Source of the DNA: Epiperipatus broadwayi
Lineage: Eukaryota > Animalia > Onychophora
Length of the DNA stretch: 64,000 nt
Assembly (NCBI GenBank): GCA_028023455.1
Contig: JAQFVV010000009.1
Location: forward strand, 2,790,001 to 2,854,000
Reading direction: 5' to 3'
Of the stretch, positions 12,495 through 23,700 are shown piece after piece. Within the stretch, counting starts at the first letter, position 1, and every line of letters begins with the position of its first letter. The position numbers were made by a program, and so were the translations under genes. The notes under the pieces were generated by a model that made no database searches, was not told the DNA's origin, and was given only the letters and a program-made list of their open reading frames with translations.

Positions 12495-15400
12495 TGGCAC
12501 CCAACATTTGACTTTTGTAAGTAGTAGATCTTACTGCAGTTATTTATTATATAGACAAATGAACCTATGTAAGTCTCCAATCCTTATGAGATGTAACAAC
12601 TATTGCAATCAATATATGTGTAGATGCATAGTGCAAGTAATTGAGAGTAGCACAGTCAACAATATCATTGGCCCCCAAAATAGTAATAACATAGGTAGTG
12701 AAATTAGATATGTCAATGTAAAGCAATTGTTCTATTGAGGATTTAATATAAATGATACAATAGAATGTCAACAGTATATACAACATATTAAAAGATACTT
12801 GCTAATAATCAATGTAGTCAATGACAGACTAAAAATGACATGGTGAATCATTTGTGTGATTTATAGAGCAGTAGAGATATTGAAAAATATTTTAAACCAG
12901 GATATCCAGGTATATGTGTATCAGTGTTTTTGAAATAGATTCCAGTTAGCAAATGATAATATATAGGATTTTGATATGTGCTGGCCAAAAAGGATGAGGT
13001 TATGAAATAGCAATAGAAGAAATGTTACTAAATCAATAATTAAGAGAAATGAACATACAAAGCTTAAACAGCAACTCTTGAGCAAAACAGTTTATGTAAA
13101 GGCTATGGGAAAAGCTAATATGAAATTGGGTAGAATAGCCTTGTAAGTTCAATATAGTCATCGAGCATGCAAACTCTCAAGTGTTAATAAATAAGCTTTA
13201 GTCAGCGAAACTGAAACCACAAGTAAAACTAAGCTCAACCAATAATTATCATTATTCTTGTGGGGAAAAGTGTAGATACAGAACTGACTATTGTCAAACA
13301 TACAGTATTATAGGCCATCTATTCCTAGGATGTAAAAGAAAAAGCTAAACTAAAAAGCAGCATGCCACATGATTTTAAATCAAGAGAGGGAACACTGGAA
13401 TTAACTCAAACCTTAAAAAAAATATTTTTTTAGCAAAGATAAGATCTCATCAAGTATATTGTGGAATGAAAGTCAAAATGGAAATTGATAGTAGATCAGG
13501 CATGTCTCTGATATCAGAGAGAAATGAGAAAAAGATTAACATAAAATTATAAAACTGGTCTTTTATTAATAAATGACAATGGAAATCCTATCGATTTGGT
13601 GGGAATAGTAAAATTGTCAGTGAAAGTAAAGGAGGGTAAAAAAACAGCTATTCTGCCATATATTGTTAGTAAAGAAACTATTCCCATATTAGGCAGAAAT
13701 CATTTCGACCCAGTGAAGATTAAAATAAAGATTATTAAACAGATTAAACAAGAGATTAGAAAAAAATTTCTGATACTATTTAAGATTAAAACAACAGAGA
13801 TAAAGACACAACCAGGTGAGATTAAATTAACAAGAGATACATTGCTGGTCAAATGTAAATTGAAAAAGGTCTCTTTTACATTATGATCTAAAGTCAAGGC
13901 CATAAGTGAGCTTTTGAACAAAAGTATAATGTCTCCCATGGTAGTGTCAATTTAGACAATTCCAATCACTACAGTTAAATCTTATGGTAAAATTAAGCTT
14001 TGCAGTGATTTTAAAATTACTATAAATAAATAAATCAACAGAAATAGGTATCCTATGCCAAACGTTCATGAAATTTTAGCATCATTTCAAATTTACAATC
14101 TGCATTTTACCAAATACTGATTACATCGAGAACAGACTTGTTTCTGACAATTAATATTTGTGTAGGTTTATTCAAGTACAATAGGCTTTCCTGTGGAATA
14201 ATAATTGCACCAAATATATTTGAAATGAGAATGGATTGAGGATGTTATTCTTTATTTGGATGACATTCTAATAAAGCTGAATCTGAGGTTGAACTAATAA
14301 GAGCACATTGAATAAGGCAAAATGTACACAATGCTAAACCAATGTCAAATTATAAACCATAAGGGAAAATACCCAAACCCAGAAAAAGTTATCACACTTG
14401 AATCTAAAAACTGAGTGAGTAGTTAACTTATTATGTAAGTAACTATATAGATGAAAAGCTTATAAACATATTAAATAATATGATAGTTGAATGGATAAGA
14501 GGAGATACAGGGTGCCAAAAATGAGGTGGATCCAAGAGAAATGATTTTTTTAAAACCAAACTACATGCTACCATAATTTTAAAAAATGTGTGGGGGAGGG
14601 GGATCTATCAATATGTAAGGAGTGTATTTTAATAACTGATGGAGTAGTAAATGTCTATGGCAGGCCAGAAGTAGGTGACTAAACTTATATGAACAGCCTG
14701 GCATAGTAATACCCAATAATATGTGAAAGATAATATGTATAGAGACCAGAGATAGCTAAAGATATTGAATCAAATGGAAATAAGCAACATAACAGTTAAG
14801 ATGTTACAAAACATTTTAAAATCATGGCAGCAAATTTATTTGATACATGTAGGGTCCTATTCAAAGTAGACAGTACTATATTGTGGAAAATACCAGCACA
14901 CAGTATTAAATGAGGGTTATCCTGAAAATCTAGCATCAAGATTTCCAAAAATTTAAGTCATTCATAGACAGTAAGAGTATATGAAGGGTTAACACTCCTT
15001 ATCGCCCAAAGTCAAAGTTGTATTACAACTGAAGTACTTTTAAAATTTTAAAAAATGCTTATAATACTATATATAAAGCTATAACTGTAACCATGATGTA
15101 TCAACATCAATCACCAAATACTTCAACAAAAAAACATGCAGAATTATTTTTGGGAAGAAAATTGTTGATTCATATCGCATTTATAATTTAAAAAAAAAAA
15201 GAAGGGAAAAGAATATAAATTTAAATTAAATTCAAATAAATAAAAGAAAGTTTTTTTATTTTTAAAAAAAGTTGAAAAAATTTAAAATTTACGACAAAGA
15301 TCATATAAAAGCAAGATTAGTAAAGCCAAATGTTGATGAGATGTGCAGACAGTAAATCATCTAAAAATCAAAGGCAAAATATTCTCAAGATAGAGACAAA

Positions 15401-15655
15401 TGCAGAATACTCAATTATCTCCATGCCAATCAAAGAAAATAATCCACTCTTGAAAAATAATCATCCAGACTAATTGAAAAAAAGCATCTGACAAGAGAAA
15501 GCATAAATAAGATGAAAATGGATAGCTGCTGAAGAAGAGAATCCCAATCAGTTGTACCCCCCAAAAAGAACATTTCACAAAGCACCACAGAAGTCATATA
15601 TATATATATATATATAAATTAAATAGAAATATTCTAAAGTTAGGGGAGGTGAGCT
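12495..15655 (+). mobile_element. Highly degenerate Ty3/Gypsy element (K02A2.6/Mag-like pol)
   Basis: PBS-like TGGCACCCAACA at 12495; Zn knuckle CQTYSIIGHLFLGC near 13292; protease MEIDSRSGMSLISE near 13478; RT GKIKLCSDFKITIN...YPMPNVHEILAS and YLDD (14253-14264); integrase remnants PYRPKS and AELFLGRK; purine tract aggggaggtgag 15642-15653. Confidence 0.85.
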
Positions 15656-16199
15656 ATGTCTGTTTATAGGTTAAATAACATTGTATATATGTAAATAGTA
15701 AAAGTATTAAAAATAATGTAAATAAATGGACATGATAAGTTAATTACAAAACACTAAAGTTGATGAATTTAAAAATAATTCTCTAATTAGTAATAAGAAA
15801 CTAAAATATGCAAATGAATTATAGAGTTCTGTAGAACAATAAAATGTGTTCCTGGAAAATTTCCTTGGATGGTATTAGTTAAAAATGGAAGTAAAATACT
15901 GTTCTTGAGCATTTAATTGAATCAATGTTCCAATATTGTTTTAATACAGGTTAAATGTTTATTAAATGAAAAGTATCATATACAGTATTATTAAATTTGT
16001 TGAGCAGGGTATATGGGGAAATTCTAAAAAATAGACTGAATATAACAGTTGAAAGCAGAAGAGTAGTTAACTTTCACAAAAGAAAAATCCACAATAGATT
16101 AGCTGTAATCCATGTAATACAAAAGATAACAAGAAATTATATCTTTTGTATATTGACATTAAAAATATGTATAGTAGTATCCCTCCAAAAGATTATGAA

Positions 16200-16560
16200 A
16201 ACATTATAATTAATTAAAGTGTAATTCTTATTAAAGCAGTTAAGACACTATTTAATATTATATACACAAAAATAAACTAAATAAAACTTTGAAAGACAAG
16301 GGACTCAAGCAAATATGTTGCCTATCATTTATATTATTTAAAATATATTTTAAACAAGCTATTAAAATATTGGGGGTGCAAAAATAGAAATTCATGTATA
16401 TAATAAGATACTCTTATGATGATGATCAAATAGTTTTAGTTAAAAATTATGATAATTTGAGTTATAAGGCTCGAAAATTAATAGAGGATTATAGAAAAAA
16501 TGAGGCTTGAAAATAAATATAAAAACAAAAAATATGTATAGGGAAATTGTAATGGATTAC
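16200..16560 (+). mobile_element. Old RTE-clade LINE RT remnant
   Basis: Near 16410 reads YDDDQIVL..NYDNLSYKARKLIEDY, matching YADDQV..DL.YM.RKL.EEY. Confidence 0.45.
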
Positions 16561-17162
16561 GACAGTGGTATGTGACAAATGGAAACATTACTTTTTTTAA
16601 CTATTATTTATATATATATAAACATTTTCTTATTTTTTATAAATTTCTTAAATTTTTCTTCTTGAAAAATGTCAAAACCAAGGATTTATATGTGAACTTT
16701 TTAAATAAAAATAATAAAATCAAGCATGCTTTGTCCCATACGAAATGGAGACTTACACAGGTGATTCATTTATATTTAATAAATTAAGTGCAGTTAGTAC
16801 TACCAGTCACCAAAGATAAAATTATAATAAAACTCTTATAAAAATAAGATTAGTACATTTATTAGCAGTAAGCTTCTATAGATCTAGCAATATAATATTG
16901 AAAACAGGATTCAGATATATGATAATATTGCACCATATAAAAACTTATAAGATAACTATATATATTTACACATTTTATAGGTAGGCCCAAAGAAATAAAT
17001 AAGGTGGATGCCTTGTAATCTTATTTGTTATCTACAGATTAGATTTTTCTGGGACAACATAATTATTTTCTTGTGTAAATGTAAAGCAGAAAGTTGAGTA
17101 CTGATCCTATTCTTGTTGGCTTTATATACACTTAGATCATATATTAATTGTATTCTCTAGAG

Positions 17163-18700
17163 CAGTGGTCTTCAACCTTTTCACACCTGTGGACCGGCAA
17201 AAATAAGAATAAGATTTCGCAGCCCGACAAGAGTTTACAGATTAATTTTCTTAAAGATGTAACCTGCTTAGCCTTAGATAAGCATAATTGTTATAACTGA
17301 CCAAAACAGCATACTAGTTATTGTGTATTGTAATGGTGTTGTTTACCTTCACATGTTGAACACTCTTTCTTGAGTTGCGCAGTCATACTGCTACAGAAAA
17401 CAGTACAATAACAATCGTTCTCATTAATGTGCTTGCATTTTACATTTATTATTTCATTGTTAAAACATGCAAGAATAAAATGTTATTCACCTGAATGTTA
17501 AAAAAATCGAAAGTTTTGATCTTATTTTATTTATTTTTTTTTTTGGGGGGGGGGGGGATTGGGTTAAGAAATACTTAGTCATCACTGAGACAAAAGATAG
17601 GCACCAAAGTTATTTTTTGTTTGTTTTTATTTTTAAAAAAAGGTAACAGAAATTGGTTTTAAAAATAAAAGTTTTAGTATTTTAGCGATATACAAATAAA
17701 GCCAAAAAAAATATCACCTTATAGCCCCCAAAAAAAAGTGGGCGTATTTTTAAACAAAAAAAAGAAAACGAAACTGGAAAAAGTCAAAAGTTTTGATCTT
17801 ACTTTATTTTGGGGTGGTGCGGATTATTTTTTGGTTTTTATTTTTAAAAAATGGTAATCCAAAAAAGATCTTATTTTAATTTTTTTTGGGGGAGTGGGTT
17901 GAAAAATACTTTGTCTTCACTGAGACAACAGTTATTTTTGTTTTGTTTTTATTTTTAAAAAAGATAATAAAAATTGGTTTTAAAAATAAAAGTTTTATTA
18001 TATCAGTGGTTGTACACAAATAAAGGCAAAAAAGATATCACCTTGTAGGCTAAAAAAAAAGTGGCCGTATTTTTAAACAAAAAAACAAACAAACTGAAAC
18101 TTGAAAATGTCAAAAGTTTTGATCTTACTTTATTTTGGGGTGGTGGTGATATATTGAGAAATACTTTCTAAAAGTTTGATACAGAACTTATTTTTTGTTT
18201 TTTATTTTTAAAGAAAGGAAATAAAAATTGATTTCAAAAATAAAGTTAAATCCCAAAAAAAAAATTGCTGTATAGCCAAAAAAAACACTAAAAATGAAAT
18301 ATTAAAAGAGAGAGAGTAGAAAAAATTTAAGCGATCAAAAAAAGTCATGTTATATTTTATTGTTTTAACAATGCTGACAAGCGGCTGTGACTGGCTATCA
18401 AAAGACAACCGGAGTTTGTATAATAAAAAACTTTTTTCTACCCCCCCCCATAAACATCTGTGATAAATAGAAAAACAAATTAATTTATGTATAATTGATT
18501 AGATTTTGTTTTTGTTCTGTTTTTTTTTTTTTAAATTGGGTAAAAATGCGATGAAAAAATAAATAAAAATTGTTTATATTAATTAAAAGTTTAAAATCTT
18601 ATTTTGTTATTACAAACTTTCTTCCCAGTCTAGTGTGCGGACCTGCAGAAAACTTCTGCAGCCCAGTGCCGGTCTGCGGCCCGGTGGTTGAAGACCACTG
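17163..18700. mobile_element. Non-autonomous hAT (Charlie/Buster-type) element, 1538 bp
   Basis: Perfect 15-bp TIRs CAGTGGTCTTCAACC / GGTTGAAGACCACTG; perfect 8-bp TSD CTCTAGAG at 17155-17162 and 18701-18708; no transposase ORF. Confidence 0.93.
17510..18250. repeat. Diverged ~280-330-bp tandem repeats inside the hAT element
   Basis: aaagttttgatctta recurs at ~17510, ~17786 and ~18112, each followed by similar ttggttttaaaaataaaagtt and atatcacctt blocks. Confidence 0.8.
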
Positions 18701-19600
18701 CTCTAGAGTGGCTTGACTAGGAAGTGGAGACTATTTAAATCATTAAGATATTATATTTAATCATTAAAACATCACATGACCACCATTTCTTCAGTTATTG
18801 GTAGTATTGACTATAATTATTTATTAAGAAAATAAATGAACTTGTGTAAGTATCTTGTGTAAGTATCCATTCCCTGAGGGTCAAAGTACAAGGAAATCAA
18901 AATAAACAATGTTTGGCATACTATATAGAAGACATTATCTTTGAGCTTCGTTAGATTTCAAATAATTACTTATGATTAAAACTTCTATCTTCTGAAATAG
19001 GAAACAACAAATTATTTTCATCAGTTTATTCGAACATGAATATGTATGTTATTAAGCGATAAATTTATCAGCGATAGGTAGCCATTTAGCTGAATCATCA
19101 TATTGTATAAGAGTTACTTTCTTGCAACAAGCAATCTTCTTATATTTTGATGCTTCCTTGAGTTGCAATTTTCATCAGTATATTCATTGCCCCTGTTTCT
19201 TTCCTAATAAAATTTTAGGTTTCATCTATTGATATGGAATATTTGTGCCTTCTGTATTTGCAGAAGAGAACTATTTTTGTAGCCATTTTCTGATTGCATT
19301 TTTTTCTTTCAAATTGTGCCAACCAGATTTTTATCTTGTTTTGTTTTTTTTTAATCTAATATTAGGATAGAAATAATCTAAAAATTTTTTTAAAAAGTTT
19401 CAGTGAAAATATCAAGCATAGAATACGATTTTTTTTTTGGCACAAACGATTCGTACTAGAAGGGTATGTGTGAAGCAAGGCATGCACTCTTTATCCGTAC
19501 ACGGTTACCGTATTATCGGCTTGTGTACACGGAAACTGTTAAAGAATGAAGCGGGCTAAAGAGTGAAAAATTTTATTCTGTTAAAATTTTGATACAGTAC

Positions 19601-20228
19601 TGCAGTATTCAAGGTCAAGGTATAAACATATATAATGTATAATGAATATGTAAATAATAATAATTGTATAAATATAACGAATATGTAAAAGTAATAATAA
19701 TTGTATAAATGTAGAATAAAAATAATAACTGTAATGTATAATAAATATATAAAGTAACTGTATAGTAATTAAGAATAACGATTGTGTAAAATTACAATGT
19801 TATTAAATCATAGAAAGTTGTATAATAATAGAAAGCCCAGCTGACTTTATAGGATCAGAAAACTATGTAAAATACCATATATGGTGAGAAACTTAAAAAT
19901 ACTGTGTGTATGTGAAAACGTAAGTGAAAACACCATATATGGTTAGGAATGTAAAAGACTCCAGAAGTCTTGAGGGGTATATAAACACCCATAAACTAAA
20001 CTAATGGTTCTGATGTTCTGAGTTTTAATTATGAGTCAGAGACTCCTGCCTCTGTAAGTCGAAAGCAGAACTAGGGTATTTTATGCAGGTCACCACGACC
20101 TTTTATTATTTTATTACGCCTTATAATAGGCTATGTATATAGTTAAAGTTATCCGTATTAAACTATAATCTTACCATCTCAATTCTGCCTTTGTCCATTT
20201 ATTTACTTGCGGATCATAAGACACTACA
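19601..20228. mobile_element. Solo LTR (628 bp)
   Basis: Starts TGCAGT, ends ACTACA (TG..CA, near-inverted termini); 5-bp TSD AGTAC at 19596-19600 and 20229-20233; TATA-like gtatataaac near 19978. Confidence 0.8.
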
Positions 20229-20530
20229 AGTACAAAAATAAAACTCTCTAATACGAGTTATACATACAATCATTTTAAGAAAAAATATGATAAACTCTAT
20301 TATGTTTCTATAGATGTTAATTGCCACTTGGTTAAATTTTCCCGATATCGTCTTGACGGTGCCTCTCAGTTTTGACATTGGTTCCAATGCCCCACGCACA
20401 TCATTCTTATTGCACTACTGTTTATATATTTTTTTGTCTTTACTATTTTCGATTAATTTAATTTTTATTTTAAATCCTGTATTATTTAATGCTTATTCAA
20501 ATATTTTGTTATTCTTCGCTACGTTCACAG

Positions 20531-20706
20531 GTATTTAATCTTATCTCAAATCTAAACATGTTTCGAAATTTTCCAGATACTATATTTTCCGGCATAATTT
20601 TTATGCTTTATTAGTTTTTTTAATATCATTGTTTATTCATTGAAGTTCATTTTTGATATGTTTTTATTATTAATATAAGTTTTATAATGTTTTTTTTCCT
20701 TTTTAG
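20531..20706 (+). other. Possible 5'-UTR intron of the PUDP-like gene
   Basis: cacag|GTATTT donor and tttttttccttttttAG acceptor 96 nt upstream of the ATG. Confidence 0.35.
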
Positions 20707-20802
20707 CTTTTAATTTGCATCTAATTTCTTAAAAACCCCGCAAATCCTCGATTGTTATGCCCTCTAGTTATCAAATTATTTTATTTTTAAAATTTCTTCG
20801 AC

Positions 20803-20851
20803 ATGCCCTCTATCACTCATGCTATTTTTGATTTTGATGGCTTATTAGCGG
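20803..20851 (+). CDS. PUDP: Pseudouridine-5'-phosphatase (HDHD1/Gs1l-like), coding exon 1
   Basis: MPSITHAIFDFDGLLA+G then GTAAAT donor. Carries HAD motif I (DxDG). Phase 1 joins exon 2 to give LLADTESLYT. Confidence 0.9.
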
Positions 20852-22969
20852 GTAAATATATATATAGTTTTAGTGTTCCAATGAAATTATTAGTAAAAAA
20901 ATAAGAAACAGTTTTAAGTTAAGACAATAAACATGATTTACGTAAGAAGTGATGGCTTGGATTTAATACTGTATCACTAACGATAACCCAACTTTTAGAT
21001 CTGTGTAAATTAACTGATCAATTTAGTCTATGTGAATTAATTGTTGGTTTATTAAATTTTTTTCTTTCATTTCAGTTGATGCATTCAAAAAAAACAAAAA
21101 ACAACTAAATATTTAGTGATCATTTTTACTTATAAAAGATTTGTCAACTTGCTTAATGTTTTTATTGAATTGTTCCTTATGTATGTATTATATTCTGACT
21201 TACGATGGTTATCAGATCTAGAGTATTTAGGACTCGAAGCGGTTATTTTGGCATGCTATCTCTTAATATGTTTTTGATACTCTTTCCTTACATTGTTTTC
21301 ATATCCTGTACAACCATGGGATTATGAGTAATCTTTTTTTTACTCTCTAACTCGCACATTAAATGTAACAAATCTATAGAAGACAGAATGGGGTGATCGT
21401 TTCTACGCGCTGAATTTTATAATTGAGCATGTCTTGGCCTGCCCTCCGGACAGGCAAAAACATCGGAGCCCCCCCATTCCAGCGCTACGCGCTGACTTTT
21501 CTAATTTTCAGTCAAAAAATGAGACATGCTCAAACGTTTGAATCCTCAATCAAATCAATTGATATTTATTTAAGATTGCGCTAGCGAGATGATAGTTGCG
21601 TATAGACCAAGTAATATCAATCACCCTTCTGTATTTTATAAATTAAGTAAAAAATGTATGTGAATAGATTTATACACAAAGTGTACACAAATGCAAGAAA
21701 TAATAATAAAAGAACATTTTTTATTATTCATAACATTATTAAACAAACTTTTATTAATTATTACATATAAGTTAAGAAATTGAATTTTCCCATGCTTTAG
21801 TTTTAGCAGAATTTTATATTGGTTCATCTATACCAGTATCAATAGTAGAAGCACTCAAATGATTGGTACTCCATTGAATCATTTCTGAAACTACTATGTA
21901 CCTGGTATATATTTTTATATATTTGGAATATTGTTTTTCTAATTTACTTTTGCAAATGTGACAGTTATCTTTTGGCAAAATATTTTTGTTTAATAATATT
22001 TTCCTTTACACATTTTGAAGTTGGTGAATAGAATATGAATCTACTCTTATAAATAGATATCTGAAAAAAGTGTTTGTTGGGGGAATTTTTTTTTTTTTTT
22101 ACTAATTTTTTATTTTGTTCATGCTATGTATACATGTATATATACATATTATTAAAGAATAAATAAAGGTGTGTATGTGTACAAGTTTTTAATGTTGATA
22201 TACTAAAATACTCCAGAGATAAAATAATTAATATGCAGGAAAAAAAACTACTTACTGGAAATTGCAACAGGTTAATTTGCATATAAACAAAATTTAACTT
22301 TATGCAAATTAGCAAAACTAATAAAGAACCTGCAGAAGAATTAAAATAGTGTAAAGAAGAGCAGTTAAATGGTGTAGTAAGGAGAGTTTTAAGTTATGTA
22401 ATGTGGAATAAGCAGTTACATAACATTCAATGAATAGCTAGAATAAATATATGCTTGATTTTATCATTTTTTTGGAAAAAAAGTTAATATATAAATGCTT
22501 AGGTTTGACATTTTTCATGGAAAAAAATTAAGAAATAAAAAGTATTATAAATATGAAAATGTTAATATATATATATAAATAATAGTTAAGAGAATCAGTG
22601 TTTCCATTTATTATATACCATTGCCACAGTCCATCTATGATCTGTTAATACATTTTTGTTTTTTACATTTTTATTTACATTATCAAACCCACTCCACTCA
22701 TAACTTTGACACCATCCACCTCAGATAAATACAATAATGATTATTACTAATCATTTTCTAAACTAGAGATTATCTCTAGCACAACTATAAACTTTAAACC
22801 TCAATTAAAGATTAATATATCTGATTTTTTAATTTTAAACATACACACACATGGAGTTACTTTTCTCTTTCCCATGTGTAATATCTTTATAGCTATATTA
22901 AACAACCTCCATACTTCCCCATTCTTTTTAAATTCATATAAATAAAGATACAATAAAAGACAAATGACC

Positions 22970-23011
22970 CCCAAAATGCATTTCATGCTGAACCAGCATT
23001 CATCAGTTGGC
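22970..23011 (-). ncRNA. Minimal type-I hammerhead ribozyme motif
   Basis: Minus strand: CCAA CUGAUGA AUGCUG GUU CAGCAU GAAA UGCA UU UUGG. Intact core, 6-bp helix II, palindromic tetraloop, 4-bp helix I. Confidence 0.75.
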
Positions 23012-23299
23012 CCAGGTCACTATCAATTCATATTTTTCTAAAATCCTCATAATTTTCAAGACATGCTGAAATTATTATAATTTTTAACTAAATATCATTC
23101 AGCATATCAATTATATAGAGGAATTCCTATTTTTGCATTTCTACTCTGTCCCCCTCCTAAATTTTAAGAGTTTGTTTTAAATACTGTAGATGATAGGTAA
23201 GGATCTTTGTTTAAGTTCCTTGTCTTTCAAAATTTTATTTATTTATATTTTTGTATATATATTGTATAGTTTTAACTGCCTTAATAAGAATTACACTTG

Positions 23300-23700
23300 G
23301 GTTAGTTGATTCTAGTGTTTCCATCATCTTTTGGAAGAGATATCATACATTTTTTTAAAGTCAATTATCTTGATTTCTTAGCATCATCTTTTCTATTACT
23401 TGGGTCACATAGTATAACTGATCTATTGTGGATCTACTTTTTCTGAAACTTGATTATTCTACTTCCAACTTCAATCTATTATTTAGAATTTTCTCATATG
23501 TTTGGCTCAGCAAATTAGTAATATATGATACTTTCCATTCAATGGGCATTTAATCTGTGTTAAAGCAATCTTGAAACTTCCATTCAATTAAATGTTCAGA
23601 AACAGCTTTTAACTTCCATTTTTAACTAATTTAATAGAATTCCATCAGGGTCGTAAAGCTTTTTATTCTTTAGTAATTTTTATGCCATTATCATTTCAGT
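23300..23700 (-). mobile_element. Old RTE-clade LINE RT remnant
   Basis: Minus strand reads PDGI...LLSQTYEKILNNRL...FRKSRSTIDQLYYVTQVIEK with stops. Confidence 0.55.
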
